From the NCBI GenBank assembly GCA_964016885.1, contig OZ024745.1:89032001-89096000 (forward strand): 64,000 nt of DNA, written 5' to 3'. This DNA is from Eledone cirrhosa. Its lineage: Eukaryota. Below the pieces are notes generated by a model, which was not told the DNA's origin, did no database searches, and saw nothing but the letters and a program-made list of their open reading frames with translations. Positions 13,305 through 27,600 of the stretch are shown here, one piece after another. Positions within the stretch are counted from its first letter, which is position 1; every line of letters begins with the position of its first letter. A program made the position numbers and the translations under genes.

Positions 13305-16300
13305 GGTCTGAACGGATGTATTTCGCTCGCTTCCAGTAAGTCGCTTTATTTGCCTGTTAAAATTATTTGTTGTTAAATATTTCTTGTTGTGTAAGGGATA
13401 TAAGCCCTTAGAGTTTGCCCCGTGAAGGGGAAAGTATAATATTTGGGCCTTTTGGCCCAAATATTTGAACTTTCTTTTTACAAGTTAAAAAATTTACTGA
13501 AAAAAAAAAACATGGCTGAGCCACGCCCTCCAGCAACATGTCTGCTGTCGTACGACAACGACGTAGAAGTTGAGAAGAGCGCTACAGCGAAATTAACACA
13601 CATTGATAACACAAACACCACCACAAGCAATGTAAACAAAGACACCAATGATACCAATGAGAACTCTAATTGTGAAAAAAATGAAAGTAACAGCGACAAC
13701 GAAAATACAGATAACAAAAAAATAATGACAAATGCAACAATATCAACACCACTAAAATAAAAACAAATACCAACTGCACCGAGAACAACGATGGCAACAA
13801 AGACAACAATGATAACAGCGACAGTGATAACAACAACACAAACAAGAACAACTACAACGACAACAACACCCCCAACGAAAACAAGAAGAATACATTCGCT
13901 GCGGCAGCAGCAAAAAAGAGGCCATGCTTCAACATGGACCTCTCAAAGAAAGATGAAAAGTTGGCGCAGGAATGGAAGCTCATCAAGCAAGAGAAAACCT
14001 GGGCCAACTTAACTGTCCCGGTAGAAGCTATTGAGGCAGTGGAGCGCAGAACGGTGCATTATAGATGCATCTCAGCACAAACCAAAAGGGCAGCTATAAT
14101 CCCACAAGAAGATGTCGAAGTCGCGCTGAGGTGCATCAGAGAAGACACCGAATACATAGAGAGGGGCAGACAGTACGGCACCATTTCGGTGTTGTTCAAG
14201 TCATAAGCCCTCGCTATGAAACACGCTAAGACTCCTTGCAAAACCAGTAAGGTCATAATGTACCCCTCCCACGTGGGAAAAATAACGGCCTGTCTCCGCA
14301 TTCCCAGAATCACCCCAGGACTTGACATGTGGTGGCTTCTGGGCTGTGTGATTGTGGAGGGGACGGATACCGTCCCTATAGAAGTGACCAGAACGGCCAT
14401 AGAGGACTGGTCCGGGGTTGACCAGGAGATCCTTCTCCAGATCAGGCCCGAGAATGTGAAGACAATCCCGCACCACATCCGCATTCAGAATGGGACGGTC
14501 ATTCACATTATGACCCAAGGCAAAAGGCCGCAGTGTTTTGTTTTTGGGGGAAAAAAACCCATTTGCGAGCCTTCTGCCCTCCACTGCTGAAAGAGGCAAG
14601 GGGTGGAAAGGCTCCACTGCTGCCAAGGCCGGGGCGAGGACCACAACCAACACCACCACCGGCAAAACCACCAACAACAACACCAATAGAAAGACCACCA
14701 CCAACATTGACCACCCAGGGGGGAAACGAGGAAAGCTGTCAAATTCCCTCTCCCCCCTAAAATACACACACCAATAAAACCATAAACATACATACAGACA
14801 CACTTACAGACACAGACCCCTCATCTACCAGTAGTGAAGATGAGGGAAAACCAAAATCCCCCAAAATACAAAAAAAGGAAACCCAAAAAGAAAAAAAAAA
14901 ATCAACAAAGCACAAAATCACCCACTAACATCTCTCCAATAACACCAACATCAACACCACCATCACCATCACCAGAATCCCCCAAACGCAAACAACCTAA
15001 ACAGACGCAAGAACAAATATACACACAAACATCTGAAACCACAGACACCGCACTCAAAACAAACACAGACACAACCGAAACAATACCACCAAAACCATCA
15101 CCATCACAGCCACGCAAACAAATAAAATCACACCAACAAAAAATACAAAACTTCGTGCTCGTCAGGAGGGCCAACAAGGAACTGATGGCCCTCGTAGCAC
15201 GAAGTTAAAATATACAGAAAGAGGGGGACATTTTTAAATCGAGCACATTTCGCGTGCGGAAAGATTTGGTTCTGGTGCGAATGTCGATCGAATTATACAA
15301 AGAAATACGAGACAGCTTTCCTCGGGACGTGGGAACCCCGAACGTAAAACAAACTTCAAGACTTTTAAAGGGGTTCCCAAAAGAAACCCCACCAACTATG
15401 GAGGTCGAACCACCCGACATTAACAAGAGCCTGGAAGGTAAGGAAAACTTTCCTCTCTCTCTCTTTTTAACCTGCCAACATGGCCGTATTAAGAGTAGGA
15501 TGTTTAAATGTTCGAGGCCTGGGATCGTCTTGGAAGCAGGGTCACCTGCTCAACGACCTCAGGTCTCTAGAAATGGATGCAATTGCCGTCAGCGAGACCA
15601 GGATTTCCGTCACGCGTACACTAGCCCCCATTTTCGACGACTATCAGATCTTTGCATCTGTTAGCCGGCCGGATATGGGAGGCGGGGTGGCAGTGCTGTT
15701 TAGGAAAGGCCTGGATCTCGAGGTAAGGTCGATCTTCCGGGACCCGGACGGGAAGTTGGGGGTCTTGGACGTGAACAATAACGATGGTAATCCTTTAGAC
15801 TGGTGGCCGTCTATGCTCCTAATGGGACAGGACAGCCGGACTTCTTTAGACGCCTGGAAGCCTTTCTGGGTTCGTCTCGCCCTTGACTGTTAGCGGGAGA
15901 CTGGAATGACATCTTAGACTCACGCTGGGACTGTGTGGGAGTATCCGATAGGAGTGGGGGGTGCAAAAGCCTCAAGAATCTGATCAGCCAGTTCCAACTG
16001 TCTGACAGGTACCGACTAGATTTCCCTAATAAGCCAGTGTGTACCTGGACTAACCGCATAGGGTCATCTAGATCGTATATAGACAGGATATTCATTAGGA
16101 AAAAAACCCAGAAATAGTGTAAGCTGTCCACATTTTGAAACGGTCGTCTATTCAGATCACAAGTTTGTGATCTGTGTGGTCGACCTAGATAAGACGCGTA
16201 GGTTAGGACCTGGTTACTGGAAGCTAAACATTTAAATTCCGGTACGTAAGGCTTATAGGGACCAGGTCAACAATTTAGTTAAGAAAAATTTGACAGGGGG

Positions 16301-18690
16301 AGTCGTCAACAATAGATGGTGGGGAGCTCTCAAAAGGGAGATTAGAATAATGTCGATAGAGTTTAGCAAAGAAGTAGCGTTAGAGAAAAATAGAAAGGAG
16401 GGGGAGTTGGTAGTTAAGTTAGACGAGGCTATAGGTAGTGGCATTACAACTGACGTGCTAGCGGCGAGAATGGCATTAGACCATTTCTTCAATGCGAAAT
16501 ACGAAGGTTGCATTGTCAGAGCTAAGGCGAGTGCTCTGAGAAACGAAGGAACCAAAGCTGTTCGATAGGGCCGAGTGGCAGAGGCGCAGCGTGGTAATAA
16601 AACCACGATTCTGTCTTTGACGGACCGAGACGGACACGAGCTGAGCTATTCCAAGAGGATGTGTGAGGCCTTTCGCCAACATTTTGCTCGGTTGTTCGGG
16701 GGAAGTAGCGGGTCAGAGATGGTGGCGGACTTCAGTCTCTACCTCGATGGCTTGACGCAACTCTCGGCGGCTGGCGCTGGGCGCTGCGAAAGGCCAATTA
16801 CTTCAGCCGAAGTACCTGGAAGCTGTCCTCGGGGCGGCTGGCTTCGGCCCCGTCTTCAGAAGCTGGATCGCTGCAAAGCACAGCGACACCTGCTCGATGG
16901 TCAAAATTAATGGCCACCTCTCGGAACCGTTTGAGGTCTCCCGATCGGCCCGTCAAGGGTGCCCTCTCTCCTCCCTTCGAGGCTTTACTGCGGAAGCTGG
17001 AGCTGTTGCAGGGCATCCCGCTCGAACCGGGACGCGGAAAGGCTGTGTCGGCTTATGCGGACGACATCACCGTGATGGTGTCGGACACCTCAGAAGCGAG
17101 GTGGTCGGCAACTTATTGGAGGAATATGAAAGGTTGACGGGAGCAAAACTTAACCCGGAATAGTCGGTGGGCTTGCAACTCGGCACCTGGAGAGGCAAGT
17201 CCATGCTGTTCAACAGCGTCGTTAGGCGCTGGACGGACGGACCTGTAAAGTTGCTAGGGGTTTGGTTCGGGCCAGACCTCCAGGTGGATAAGAATTGGGA
17301 CGAGGTGACGGGCAGGGTAGCCAGTCTCACCCAGAAATGGGCTGGGATGAAGCTATCACTGAAAGGTCGGGCGGAGGTGGCGAATGCGTACATCGCGTCT
17401 GTCATCTACTACCGTCTGACCGTCGTCCCTTGCCCCCGTTCGCGCCTCGCCATCTTGGAGCGGCTCCTCTTCAAATTATTGTGGAGGGGTCAGTTTCCGC
17501 TGGTGAGGCGGTCCATCTGCTGCTAGTACCCTCTACGTGGAGGGCTAGGCATGTCGTGGCTAATGATGCGCAGGCACGCGCTGAGGCTGCAGCATCTCCA
17601 GATATTCTGCCTAAACGGTGAACAGGTGTGGTCGCCGTTTGTCAGACGGGCCTTTCCGCAGCTCGTTTCTTTGACTGAGCTGCAGTCCTGGGTCAAGAGG
17701 AGACCGAGACTAGGTGACTGGCATCTGGAATGTTGCGAGGCACTCACTGCCCTCTACCAGGCGGGCAATGCAGTCAGTGGAACTTCCACTCTCGTGTTCT
17801 ATAGAGGATTAGTGGTGGGCAAGTGCGACGACGCCCTCGGAGAGGCTCTGGGAGTCAACGAAGTCGAACTAATCAGTCTGTACCGGAGGACTTTCGAGCC
17901 GGGGACGATGGATAATTTCCAAAAATCCCTCGCTTGGCAGTGCTACCGGGGTCACTGCCGGTTCGAGATAAACTCTACAGGCACGGAAGCGCTGTCAGAC
18001 GGTCCTGCCCGAGATGCGCGCAGAGCGACGAAACCGTTCTGCACGCACTCGTCCAGTGTCCGTGCATTATTGACTTGTGGAGTTATGTTGAACAGCTGTT
18101 GTCGCGTGTAGAACGGATCCGGCTATCGACCGAGTCCATAGTGAAGATCGATCCGCCGCCTTCTTTAGGCTAGAAAGGGCAGGCAATTTTCCTCTGTCTG
18201 GTGGCAGTAGCGAAAGAGGTTGTATGGTGGGCGAGATTGAAAGGACTGAAGACAGACACTTTTCTCTTCGGCCAATCCCTCATCAACTTTTTCACGTTTC
18301 ACTTGGAGAGGAAGGTGAGGGTGGAGAGAGAAGTGCTGCCCCCCAGTACATTTGCTGAAAGGTAGAAGAATGTGGCGAGAATGGCCCGTGTGAGTGGGCC
18401 TACTCTTGTCATGCAGTTGTAGGTAGGTAAATTTGAAGAGGAGAGGGGTGCCCTTCCAGGGTGGTCTCGAAGCGTCGGGTCGTTCAGGACTTGTGGGGTA
18501 CCTGAGCGAACCCTAGGTGGTCATCCCCCCCTATTGGGGAATTTTTTCTTGTTGTAATTTTATTGTTACTTTATTGTTACTTTGTTATTGTTACTTTGTG
18601 TAAAACCCCACTGTCCCAGTCTTGTGTATTGTCCCCTATATGTCGGCCCTTGTGGCCAATAAATGAAATCATTATTATTTATTATTATTT
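13305..18690 (+). mobile_element. Tx1/L1-clade copy 3, divergent subfamily with an internal RT deletion
   Basis: Leader nearly identical to copy 2; ORF1 ATG 13512; ORF2 15480-18422 jumps from ITSAEV to YL.AVL near 16815; AATAAA 18658; (ATT)n tail. Confidence 0.9.
15480..18422 (+). pseudogene. Tx1 ORF2, copy 3
   Basis: MAVLRVGCLNVRGLG, AVSETR, SYIDRIF, SAYADDIT, CPRCAQSDETVLHALVQC. Confidence 0.9.
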
Positions 18691-18691
18691 T

Positions 18692-21600
18692 TGAATGCTA
18701 TGGTTGACGGAGGCTCGTTTCTGTAAGGTATTGTAAATTTTGACCGCTATAACAATTGTAAATTGTTTAAAACTTTATCCAAATTGTAGACAAAAACACC
18801 CTCCTCCTCGCGAGAGGGGTCTTTCTGCACGTTATTTGGCCCTTCGGGGTTAAATAACCGCTTATTGGGGTTTTGTGCCCAATATTTATTTTAAACCCAA
18901 AAAAAACATGGCGACGAATAAGAATTTTCATAGGTCACTCCCACTCATTCCGTCTTCTTCTTCCTCAATCCTCACTACAGCAGAGAGAAGATTGTCTCTC
19001 TCCCTCCGTTCTCTTTCGCAAGCGACGCCAGTAAAGAAAAATCACGTAGAAAGCGTGCAACATTTCTCCACAACGGCGAAAAAGGTGTGCGGGAAATACG
19101 AAAACCCATTTCATTCGTCTGATGTCATGAATAATAGCAGTAGCAGCCGTAATAACAGCAGCACCAGCAACAGTGACAAGGAAAACAACAGTAGCAACCG
19201 CAAAAGCATCAGCAGCAGCATAAACAACAACAGCATTAGCAGCAACAGCAACAACAACAGCAGCAGCAGCAACAACAACAACAACCACAGCAACAGCGGT
19301 CGCGGCAGTAGTCGTAGTACCTGCAGCAACAACAAAAGTAACAGCAGCTCTGACGACAACAACAACAACAACAGCAGCAGCAGCAAATAAAAACCAATCT
19401 CGTTTGCAGGTATCGCAAAGAACCTGGAAACCATCCTCATAACAAATGAGGAATTACAGGAAGCGAAGAAGATGATGACGAAAACCGGACACCGAGCAAT
19501 CTGCAAGGCAGCCGAAATATTTTTCGAAACCCAACAGCACTGTACGGTCACTACCGTAGATTAAGCACAAAATCCCGTAGGGTTGAAAGAGCCACAGAGG
19601 CTCAAATACAAAAAGCCTTAGGGTCTGTGTGGCAGCGGAAAACGCACATCACCCCAGGCAAGAAATATGCTACCGTAGACGTGCTTTTTGCCACACCCCA
19701 GGAGGCAAAGGCTCAATCCTTAGTGACCCTAAGGAGCGAGGAAATGGTGTTGGTGCCCTCATACTACGGGCAAAAAATTGTGAAGGTGAAACTGACCCAC
19801 GTCCCCGTCCCCCCGGGATGGCCCCTTCTTGGCTGGCCGCGTCTGTCCACGTCGGAATCGAGGACTAAACAACTGTACTGCAAGTACAAAAAAAAGTAAG
19901 AGAAGATTGGGTCGGCACCTCCATTGAGATGTTAATCCAAACCAACCAGGAGTGCATCGAAGCTATCCCGGATGTGTTAGACTTCGATAACGGCACTCAA
20001 CTGCCCATAAGTGTTGAGGGCAAACGCCCGAAATGCTTTCGCTGTGGTTCGAAGACTCACCGCAGAGCCTTCTGCACCTAGGCCCCACGGCTACCAGCAA
20101 CAGGACAAGCGGCAACCAGGAACGATAGGTCCGTGGCACCCATACGCACGCCACGGAAATCAAGAAGAGCAGCAGCAGTGGAAGTATTAACAACAACAAC
20201 AGTAATACCAAATGTAGCTGCAACAGTGACTCCACTGCAAACATCACCAACAACAACAAGTGAAAGAGTGGAGCTGGTACCCCTCCCCGACCTCACAGAA
20301 TCAGACATGGAGTGTGAGGTGGGAGAGGGATGGCAAAAGGTCGTAAGAAGGCACAAACGCAGAAGCAGCGCATCGTCGCCTTCGAAAAGGGAGGAAAGAA
20401 ATGAAAAAAGGGTAAAGGCTACTGCAAAGAGACTCACAGCAGCAACACCACCAACACCATCACCACCCACACTAGCACAACCATTACCACCGGCGACAAC
20501 CCCACCGCCAACAACAACAACACCTTCAACACCACCACCGTAAGCACCAACATCGCAAACACAACAACAAAACACACACACCCAGCAACAACGACAAGAA
20601 AATAGCAGAACCACACCCCACCCCCAGAAAAACAAATGCACGGCAATAAATACACACAACAAGAAACTAATGACTTACATAATTGAACACACAGACATTT
20701 CACAGCACGACTACATAATACCAGCACCAATCAAAACGCCAACGAACATTTGACTGCTAAAATAGCACAGAAACAATACACAAACATTAAAACGAAATTC
20801 CCCAACGCAGTTGGTGATTTCAGAGACCTAGGAGGGACTCTCAACCGGAGAGTATATTCGGACATACACATAGAAGAGCCGACGACCAGCTGAAGGGACG
20901 ATTCAATGGTCCCTTCACCAGACGATCAAGTGAAAAGTGATGGAGAAACCATCCTTCCTCTACGAAAATTACGGTAAGTGGTCTTTCCCATCTTTTCCAC
21001 TCCATTTTAAACATTACCTCACTCAGAATAGGCAGCATAAATGCGCGTGGCTTGGGGTCGTTATGGAAGTAGGGCCACCTGCTCAACGACCTCAGGTCAC
21101 TAAACATAGATGTAGTGGCCATCAGCGAGAACAGAATTTCCGAAGCACGGGCCTTAGCACCGATCTTCGGCGGCTACGATGTGTACGCATCTCCGAGCCG
21201 TCCTGGATCGGGAAGAGGAGTTGCTGTGCTTTTTCGGAGAGGTTTGGATCTCGTCATACGGGCAATCTTCCTGGATCCAGAGGGTAAGTTGCTGGTGCTG
21301 GACGTGACCAGCGGAGACGGGCAAGCTTTCAGGCTAGTGGCCTTCTATGTCTCTCTCAAGAACAGGGCGGCATGATTTCTTCCGGCGTCTGTAGACCTTT
21401 CTTGGAACGTCCCGCTCTTTAGTGTTAGTGGGCGACTGGAACGGGATCTTAGATGCACGCTGGGACTGTGTGGGATTAGCGGATAGGGGTGGAGGGTGCA
21501 AGAGCCTCACCAACCTACTCAGGCTTTTTGAACTGTCTGACAGGTACCGATTGGATTTCCCGAATGTGCCAATGTGGACTTGGACAAATCGCATAGGGTC

Positions 21601-24600
21601 ATCCAGATCATATCTAGATTGAATATTTTGTAGGCCAATAGATAGGTCTAGCATAGGCTGTCCACAATTCAAGATAGTCAGCTACACGGACCACAAATGG
21701 TCTGTGTGTTTGGCTTAGATAGGCTTCATAGACGAGGACCCGGCTACTGGAAGCTAAACGCGTCCTTACCAGCGCGCAAGGCCTACAGAAACTGGATTAG
21801 CGAACTAGTTAAGCGGGCTTTGACGGGGCCATCGTCAACAACATGTGGTGATTTGCTCTGAAAAGAGCGATTATAATTGAACCCATTAGGTTTAGTAAAG
21901 CTTTAGCAATAGAGAAAAATAGAGCAGAGGGAGAACTAGTAAGAAAATTAGACGAGGCGCTTAGCAAAGGCAACGCGACCGACGTGCTTGCGGCGAAATT
22001 GGCCCTTGACCAATTCTTCAATGCAAAGCACGAAGGCTGAGTTGTCAGAGCTAGGGTGCGTGCTCTCAGACACTAGGGGACGAAAGTCGTTCAATGGGCG
22101 CTAGTGGCGGAGGCGCGTCGTAGCAACAAAGCCACGATCCGGTCTTTGGTGGACCACGACGGGCGCATGCTACTCGATCCCTGGCAAATGTGTGAAGCTT
22201 TTCAGCGACACTTCGCTCAGCTGTTCGACGGCAGCGGTGGGCCGGGTCGAGGGATGGACTTTAGTGTCTACCTCGACGGACTGCCGCGGCTCTCGGCCAC
22301 TGAGGCGGAGTGTTGCGAAAAGCCGATAACAGCCGCTGAAGTACGGGAGGCAATGACTGGCTGCACAAAGGGTAAATCGGCTGGTTTGAATGGTCTGCCC
22401 TATGAACTTTACGTACAGATGCCAGACTTGTTCGGAGGCCTCTTGGCGGACGTCTACTGCAACTGGCAACAGAACGGGAGAATTCACAGCTCTGTGAGCC
22501 GAGGAGCGGTGGCACTGCTGAGAAAGGATCCGAACAAGGGGGATAACATAGATAATTTCAGGCCCATAACTCTGCTAAACACCGAGTTCAAGATTTTGGC
22601 CAAGGTGCTAGCAAAGAGGTTGGTGCTTGTCGTTGGTGGTCTGGTGGGAGAGGCGCTTACATGCGCCATTTCCGACAGATCCATTCACGACAACCTCCAC
22701 CTCATGCGATACATCGTAGAGAGGGTAGCTAGGGAACCTGGCACGGGTGGGTCGTTGATCAATTTAGATCAGTCGAAAGCTTTCGATAGGGTCGACCATC
22801 GTTACCTAGCGCCATCCTCAGGGCGGCTGGCTTTGGGCCCGTCTTCAGAGGCTGGATCGCTGCCATGCATAGCGACATCTGCTCTGTGGTGAGAGTAAAC
22901 GGTCACCTTTCGGAACCGTTCACCATCATGCGCTCGGTCCGCCAAGGATGTCCCCTCTCGTCCCTCTTGTACCTATTGACTCTCGAGCCATTACTGCACA
23001 AACTGGAGACGTTGAGGGGCGTCCCGCGCGAACTAGGATGCGGAAGATCCGTGTCAGCATATGCGGACGATGTCACCGTAGTGGTGTCGAACGCCAAACA
23101 CATCGAGGCGATCAGCACTACACTAAGAGAATACGAAGCGGTGACAGGAGCAATGATCAACCATGAAATGTCAGTGGGCCTGCAGCTCGGCACCTGGAGA
23201 GGCAGGTCCATGCCGTCCAACAGCGTCGTCGGACGCTGGACAGACGGACCGGTTAAATTGCTAGGGGTCTGGTTCGGTCCGGACCTCCAGACGGACAAAA
23301 ACTGGGACGAGGTGACGAGCAGGGTGGCTTCTCTCACCCAGAAATGGGCGGAGAGGAAGCTATCGCTGAACGGTCGAGCGGAGGTGGCTAACGCGTACAT
23401 CGCGTCTGTCATCTGCTACCGTCTGACCGTCGTAGTTTGACCTAAGCCCCACCTGACTGCGCTGGAGCGTTTGCTCTTTCGCTTTTTGTCGAAGGGACGC
23501 GCTCCGATGGTCAGGCGGTCCATCTGCTGTCAACACCCGCTACGTGGAAGGCTGGGAATGCCGTGGGTGATGATGCGCAGACACGCGCTCAGGCTACGAC
23601 ATCTCCACCTCTTCCTCGACGGTGATCAGGTGTGGTCGCCGTTTCCTAGACACGTTTCCCCAGCTCGTTTCCTTGACGGAGCTGCAGTCCTGGGTCAAGC
23701 GAAGACCGAGAGGGAGCGCCTGGAGACTGGAATGTCTTCAGGCGCTCACAGCCCTCGACCAATCGGGCAATGTGATCGGTGGAAACTCCACGTCGGCGTT
23801 CTATAGAGGATTAGTTGAGGGGAAGTGCGACGACGTGGAAACTCTAGGCGTCGACGAAAATCAACTAGCCAATCTCTTTGGAAGAACTTTCGGGCCGGGA
23901 CCTATGGACAACTTCCAGAAATCTCTGGCCTGGCAGTGCTACCGAGGAGCCTTGCCAGTTCGGGATAAACTCTACAGGCATGGAGGTGCCGTCAGCCGGG
24001 CATGTCTGAGATGCGCGCAGGGCGACGAAATCGTCCTGCACGCACTCGTCCAGTGTCCGAAAATTGCTGACTCGTGGGTTTATGTCGAACACCTGCTGTC
24101 GCGTGTAGGACGGATCCGGCTATCATCTGAGTCCATCGTGAGGATTGCCTCGCCCTCTTCCTTTAGCCGGGAAGGGCAGGTAGTTTTTATCTGTCTGGTG
24201 GCCATAGCTAAAGAGATAGTATGGTGGACACGTTTGAAATGGCTGAAGACGAAAACTTACCTCTTCGGTGATACCTTGATTGACTTTTTCAAATTTCATT
24301 TGAAAAGGGAAATCAGAGTAGAGAAGGAAGTGCTCTCTTCCCAGCATTTTGTTGAAAGATGGTTGAGAGAAGCAAGAATGGCCCGAGTGAATGGGCCTAC
24401 TCTGAGTATATATCTGTAAATTATAGGTGGAAAACTGGGAGAAGGCACTTGCCTTAGGTGGTCAGGGTCACTGTGGCCTTTTACTGGGCTTTCTCCACAA
24501 ATGTCCCTCCGAAGACTCCCCCCAATTGGGGAATTTTTCATTGTTATTTTTTTGTTACATCCTGTTTTTGTTTTTTACACGCAGCAATGCCCATTTGTAC

Positions 24601-24687
24601 CGTCCTGTATTGTCCTGCACTGTCCTTAATGTCCACTTTATGTAAACCCTTGTGGTTAATAAAGAAATCATTATTATTGTTGTTATT
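18692..24687 (+). mobile_element. Tx1/L1-clade copy 4, full length, decayed
   Basis: ORF1 ATG 18908, CCHC knuckle GKRPKCFRCGSKTHRRAFC (~20018-20075); ORF2 ~21013-24419 with start mutated to ATT; AATAAA 24658; (ATT/GTT)n tail. Confidence 0.9.
21013..24419 (+). pseudogene. Tx1 ORF2, copy 4, closely similar to copy 1 ORF2
   Basis: Complete APE-RT-CCHC motif series including VRQGCPLS and SAYADDVT; several stops and frameshifts. Confidence 0.9.
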
Positions 24688-27600
24688 CCTTGAATCTCAG
24701 TCATTGATGTTGGTTAACTGGAAAGTCCGTTGGATTGAATATCAAGCCACTACCTGCAGCCTCAGATATTCAGGACGTATCGGAGGGTTCTTGCTGTTCC
24801 AAGCAAGCATGCCTTTTGAAGCGTTCCAAAAAGCGTGAAGGGCCCGATTTTCTTTAACCATCCCTGGAAACTTTTGGAGATAGTCCCCAGTGCGCCTATG
24901 ACAATCGGGATCACTTTGACTTCATGGCAGTTCCACATCCTTTTCACCTCCCACTTTAGGTCCTGGTATCGGTTAATTTTCTACCTCTCCTTCTCTTGCA
25001 CTCTCGTGTCGAACGGGCAGGCCACATCCACAATCAGACACGATCTTTTTTCTTTGTCCACAACCACCAGGTCAGGTCTATTGTGTTCCAGTTTTTTGTC
25101 CGTCTGTATCCTAAAATCCCACAGCACCTTCACCTGATTGTTCTCCATCACCGCCTCTGGCCTATGCTCATACCATTTCTCAGAATGTGGTAAATTGTTT
25201 ACTTTGCACAGGTGCCAGTGGATCACCCTGCCCATCACATCGTGTCTCCAGCCCTTATAGTGGGTCTGGGCTAGGTGTTTACACTCGGACACAATATGAG
25301 CCACAGTCTCCTCTCTCTCTCCACAGATCCTGCACAGTGGGCTAGCCTCCTCCTTGTAAATATGGTGCTTCAACCACTTCGTTTTGAGGGCCTGCTCCTG
25401 CGCAGCCATTAGCATTCCTTCTGTACCCTTTTTGAGGTCTCCTCTTCTCAACCAGTTCCATGTCTGTGGATCTCTAAATTCAGTTTTCTCAAAGAAGGTA
25501 CTATGAAGGGATTTTCCCTTAAGGCTGCTCTTCCTCCTTGATGTTATTTCCTCCTTGGACATGCCCAGGCCTACTGTCCCCTCCTTCAGTACAGTTCTGA
25601 GCATTGGCTCCTTACCATAGGTCACGTATTTGTATAGGTTGTTTTTCTCCATCTGAACACAGTCCTCTATGCTGATAAGACCTCTTCCACCCTCAGATCT
25701 CCTTAGGTAGAGTCTATCGACATCACTCCTCTTGTGGAACATGTTGTAGATAGTCAATAGCTTCCTAGTCTTCCTATCCATTTCTTTTTGTTCAGCAACA
25801 TTCCATCTCAGAATTCCCGCACTGTACCTAATAATAGACACAGCTCGGGAATTTACTGCGCTTATGGCATTTCTGCTGTTCAGATGTGACTTCAATACGC
25901 TCCTTACTCTCCGAATGTATTCAGTTCTTAACAATTCCTTCATTTTTTTGTTCTTTATGCCATCAGCCTCCAGAACGCCCAAATACTTGTATCCTTCCTC
26001 AGAGTCAATTTCCTTTATCATCTCACCTGTTGGTATCTGGATCCCGTTACTTCTGCTCAACCTACCCCTCCTCATCACAATGACTCCACATTTACCAATA
26101 CCAAACTGCATACATATATCACTGCTGAAAATACGGACAGTGTCAACAAGCACATCCAACTCCTTCTCACTTTTCCTGAAGAGCTTAAGATCGTCCATGA
26201 AGAGGAGGTGATTGATGGTAAGCTCTCCCCTTCCCAACTTGTATCCTGCTCTCACTTTTCGCAGCATAATGGTCAAGGGCATCAGGGCAAGGACAAACAA
26301 CAGAGGGGACAGGCTATCTCCCTGGAAGATACCTCTCTTGATCTTCACGCTTCCCAAGGATACTCCAGTTGATGTCAACTCTGTCTCCCAGGACCCCATA
26401 ATCCTGCCTAGCAACTGTCTGATGTTATCTGCCACCCTGAAGATCTCCAGGCTTTTGGTGATCCAAGAATGAGGCACCATGTCAAATGCCTTTCTGTAGT
26501 CTATCCATCCCATGGCAAGATCAGTGTGTCTCCTCCTGCAATTCCCCATTACCATCTTATCAATAAGTAACTGGTCCTTTGTACCACGTGACTTCTTTCG
26601 GCATCCTTTCTGTTCGTCCGGTAACAAGTTGTTTGTGTAGAGGTGATGGTAGATTTCCTCAGACACAATGCTCGTCAACAGTTTCCACATTACGGACAGA
26701 CATGTGATAGGTCTATAGTTGGTAACATCATTACCCATGATTCGGTCTTTCATTATCAGAACTGTGGTACCTTTTGTCAACCACTCTGGCACCTCACCCG
26801 ACACCAAGCAGTCATTGAACATGGCCGTCAGCTTCGGGTGGAGGGATGTTAAATGTTTAATCCAATACCCCTGCACACCATCTGGGCCTGGTGATTTCCA
26901 GTTGGTTAGTTTTTTGGCCTGCCCCTTAAGAGTTTCAACTGTGATACTCAAATCAGTTTGTTGTTGTGCCTGCTCACCGATCTCCCTCTGTACTGTCTCA
27001 ATCCACCCTGCCTGGACATTATGTCTAACATCCTGCTCCCATATTCCTCTCCAGAATGTTTTAGTTTGCTCCGCCCCAGGGATCAAGTCGTTGCCTCTTT
27101 CTTTCCCCTCAAGCTGTCCAAACAGCATCTTCTGGTTGTTGTCGAACATGCGGTTCTGTTTATACTGACTGACTCTGTTCTCGTATCGCCTGATTTTTGC
27201 ACTCTTTGCTACAATGCGTTGCTTCAGTTCCTCTATGATAATATTTTGCTTTTTCCTCCTAGTTTTGTATTTTATTTCCAGTCTATTTTTAGTGCCTATG
27301 TTTTTTAGTGTCCCATTCAGTAGTGACTCAAGCTTTCCTATGTCATTTCTCATTTCCCCGATTTGCCCACTCAGTCGCTTCTTCCACCACAGCTCTGCTC
27401 TTTCTTGTCTGTTGCTTCCTATCGCTTTTATACCAAGTAGTTTCCTCACCGTATTTGCTGTTGCTTTGAGGATATTGTTGCACTGGTGAAGGCTCCTCGC
27501 CTCAAGGTATGGGATGACTTTGTTTACCTTAGCTGTTGTTTCTTTTAACTTTTTCCTGTCTACAAATCTTAGGTTCATAGGTCTCCCACTATCATTGTTC

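Noticed and set aside
19111-19551. Poly-Leu/Cys/Val 'membrane' ORFs antisense to Tx1 ORF1 (also 2139-2600 and 20078-20730)
   Set aside because: Antisense readings of (AAC/AGC)n low-complexity tracts
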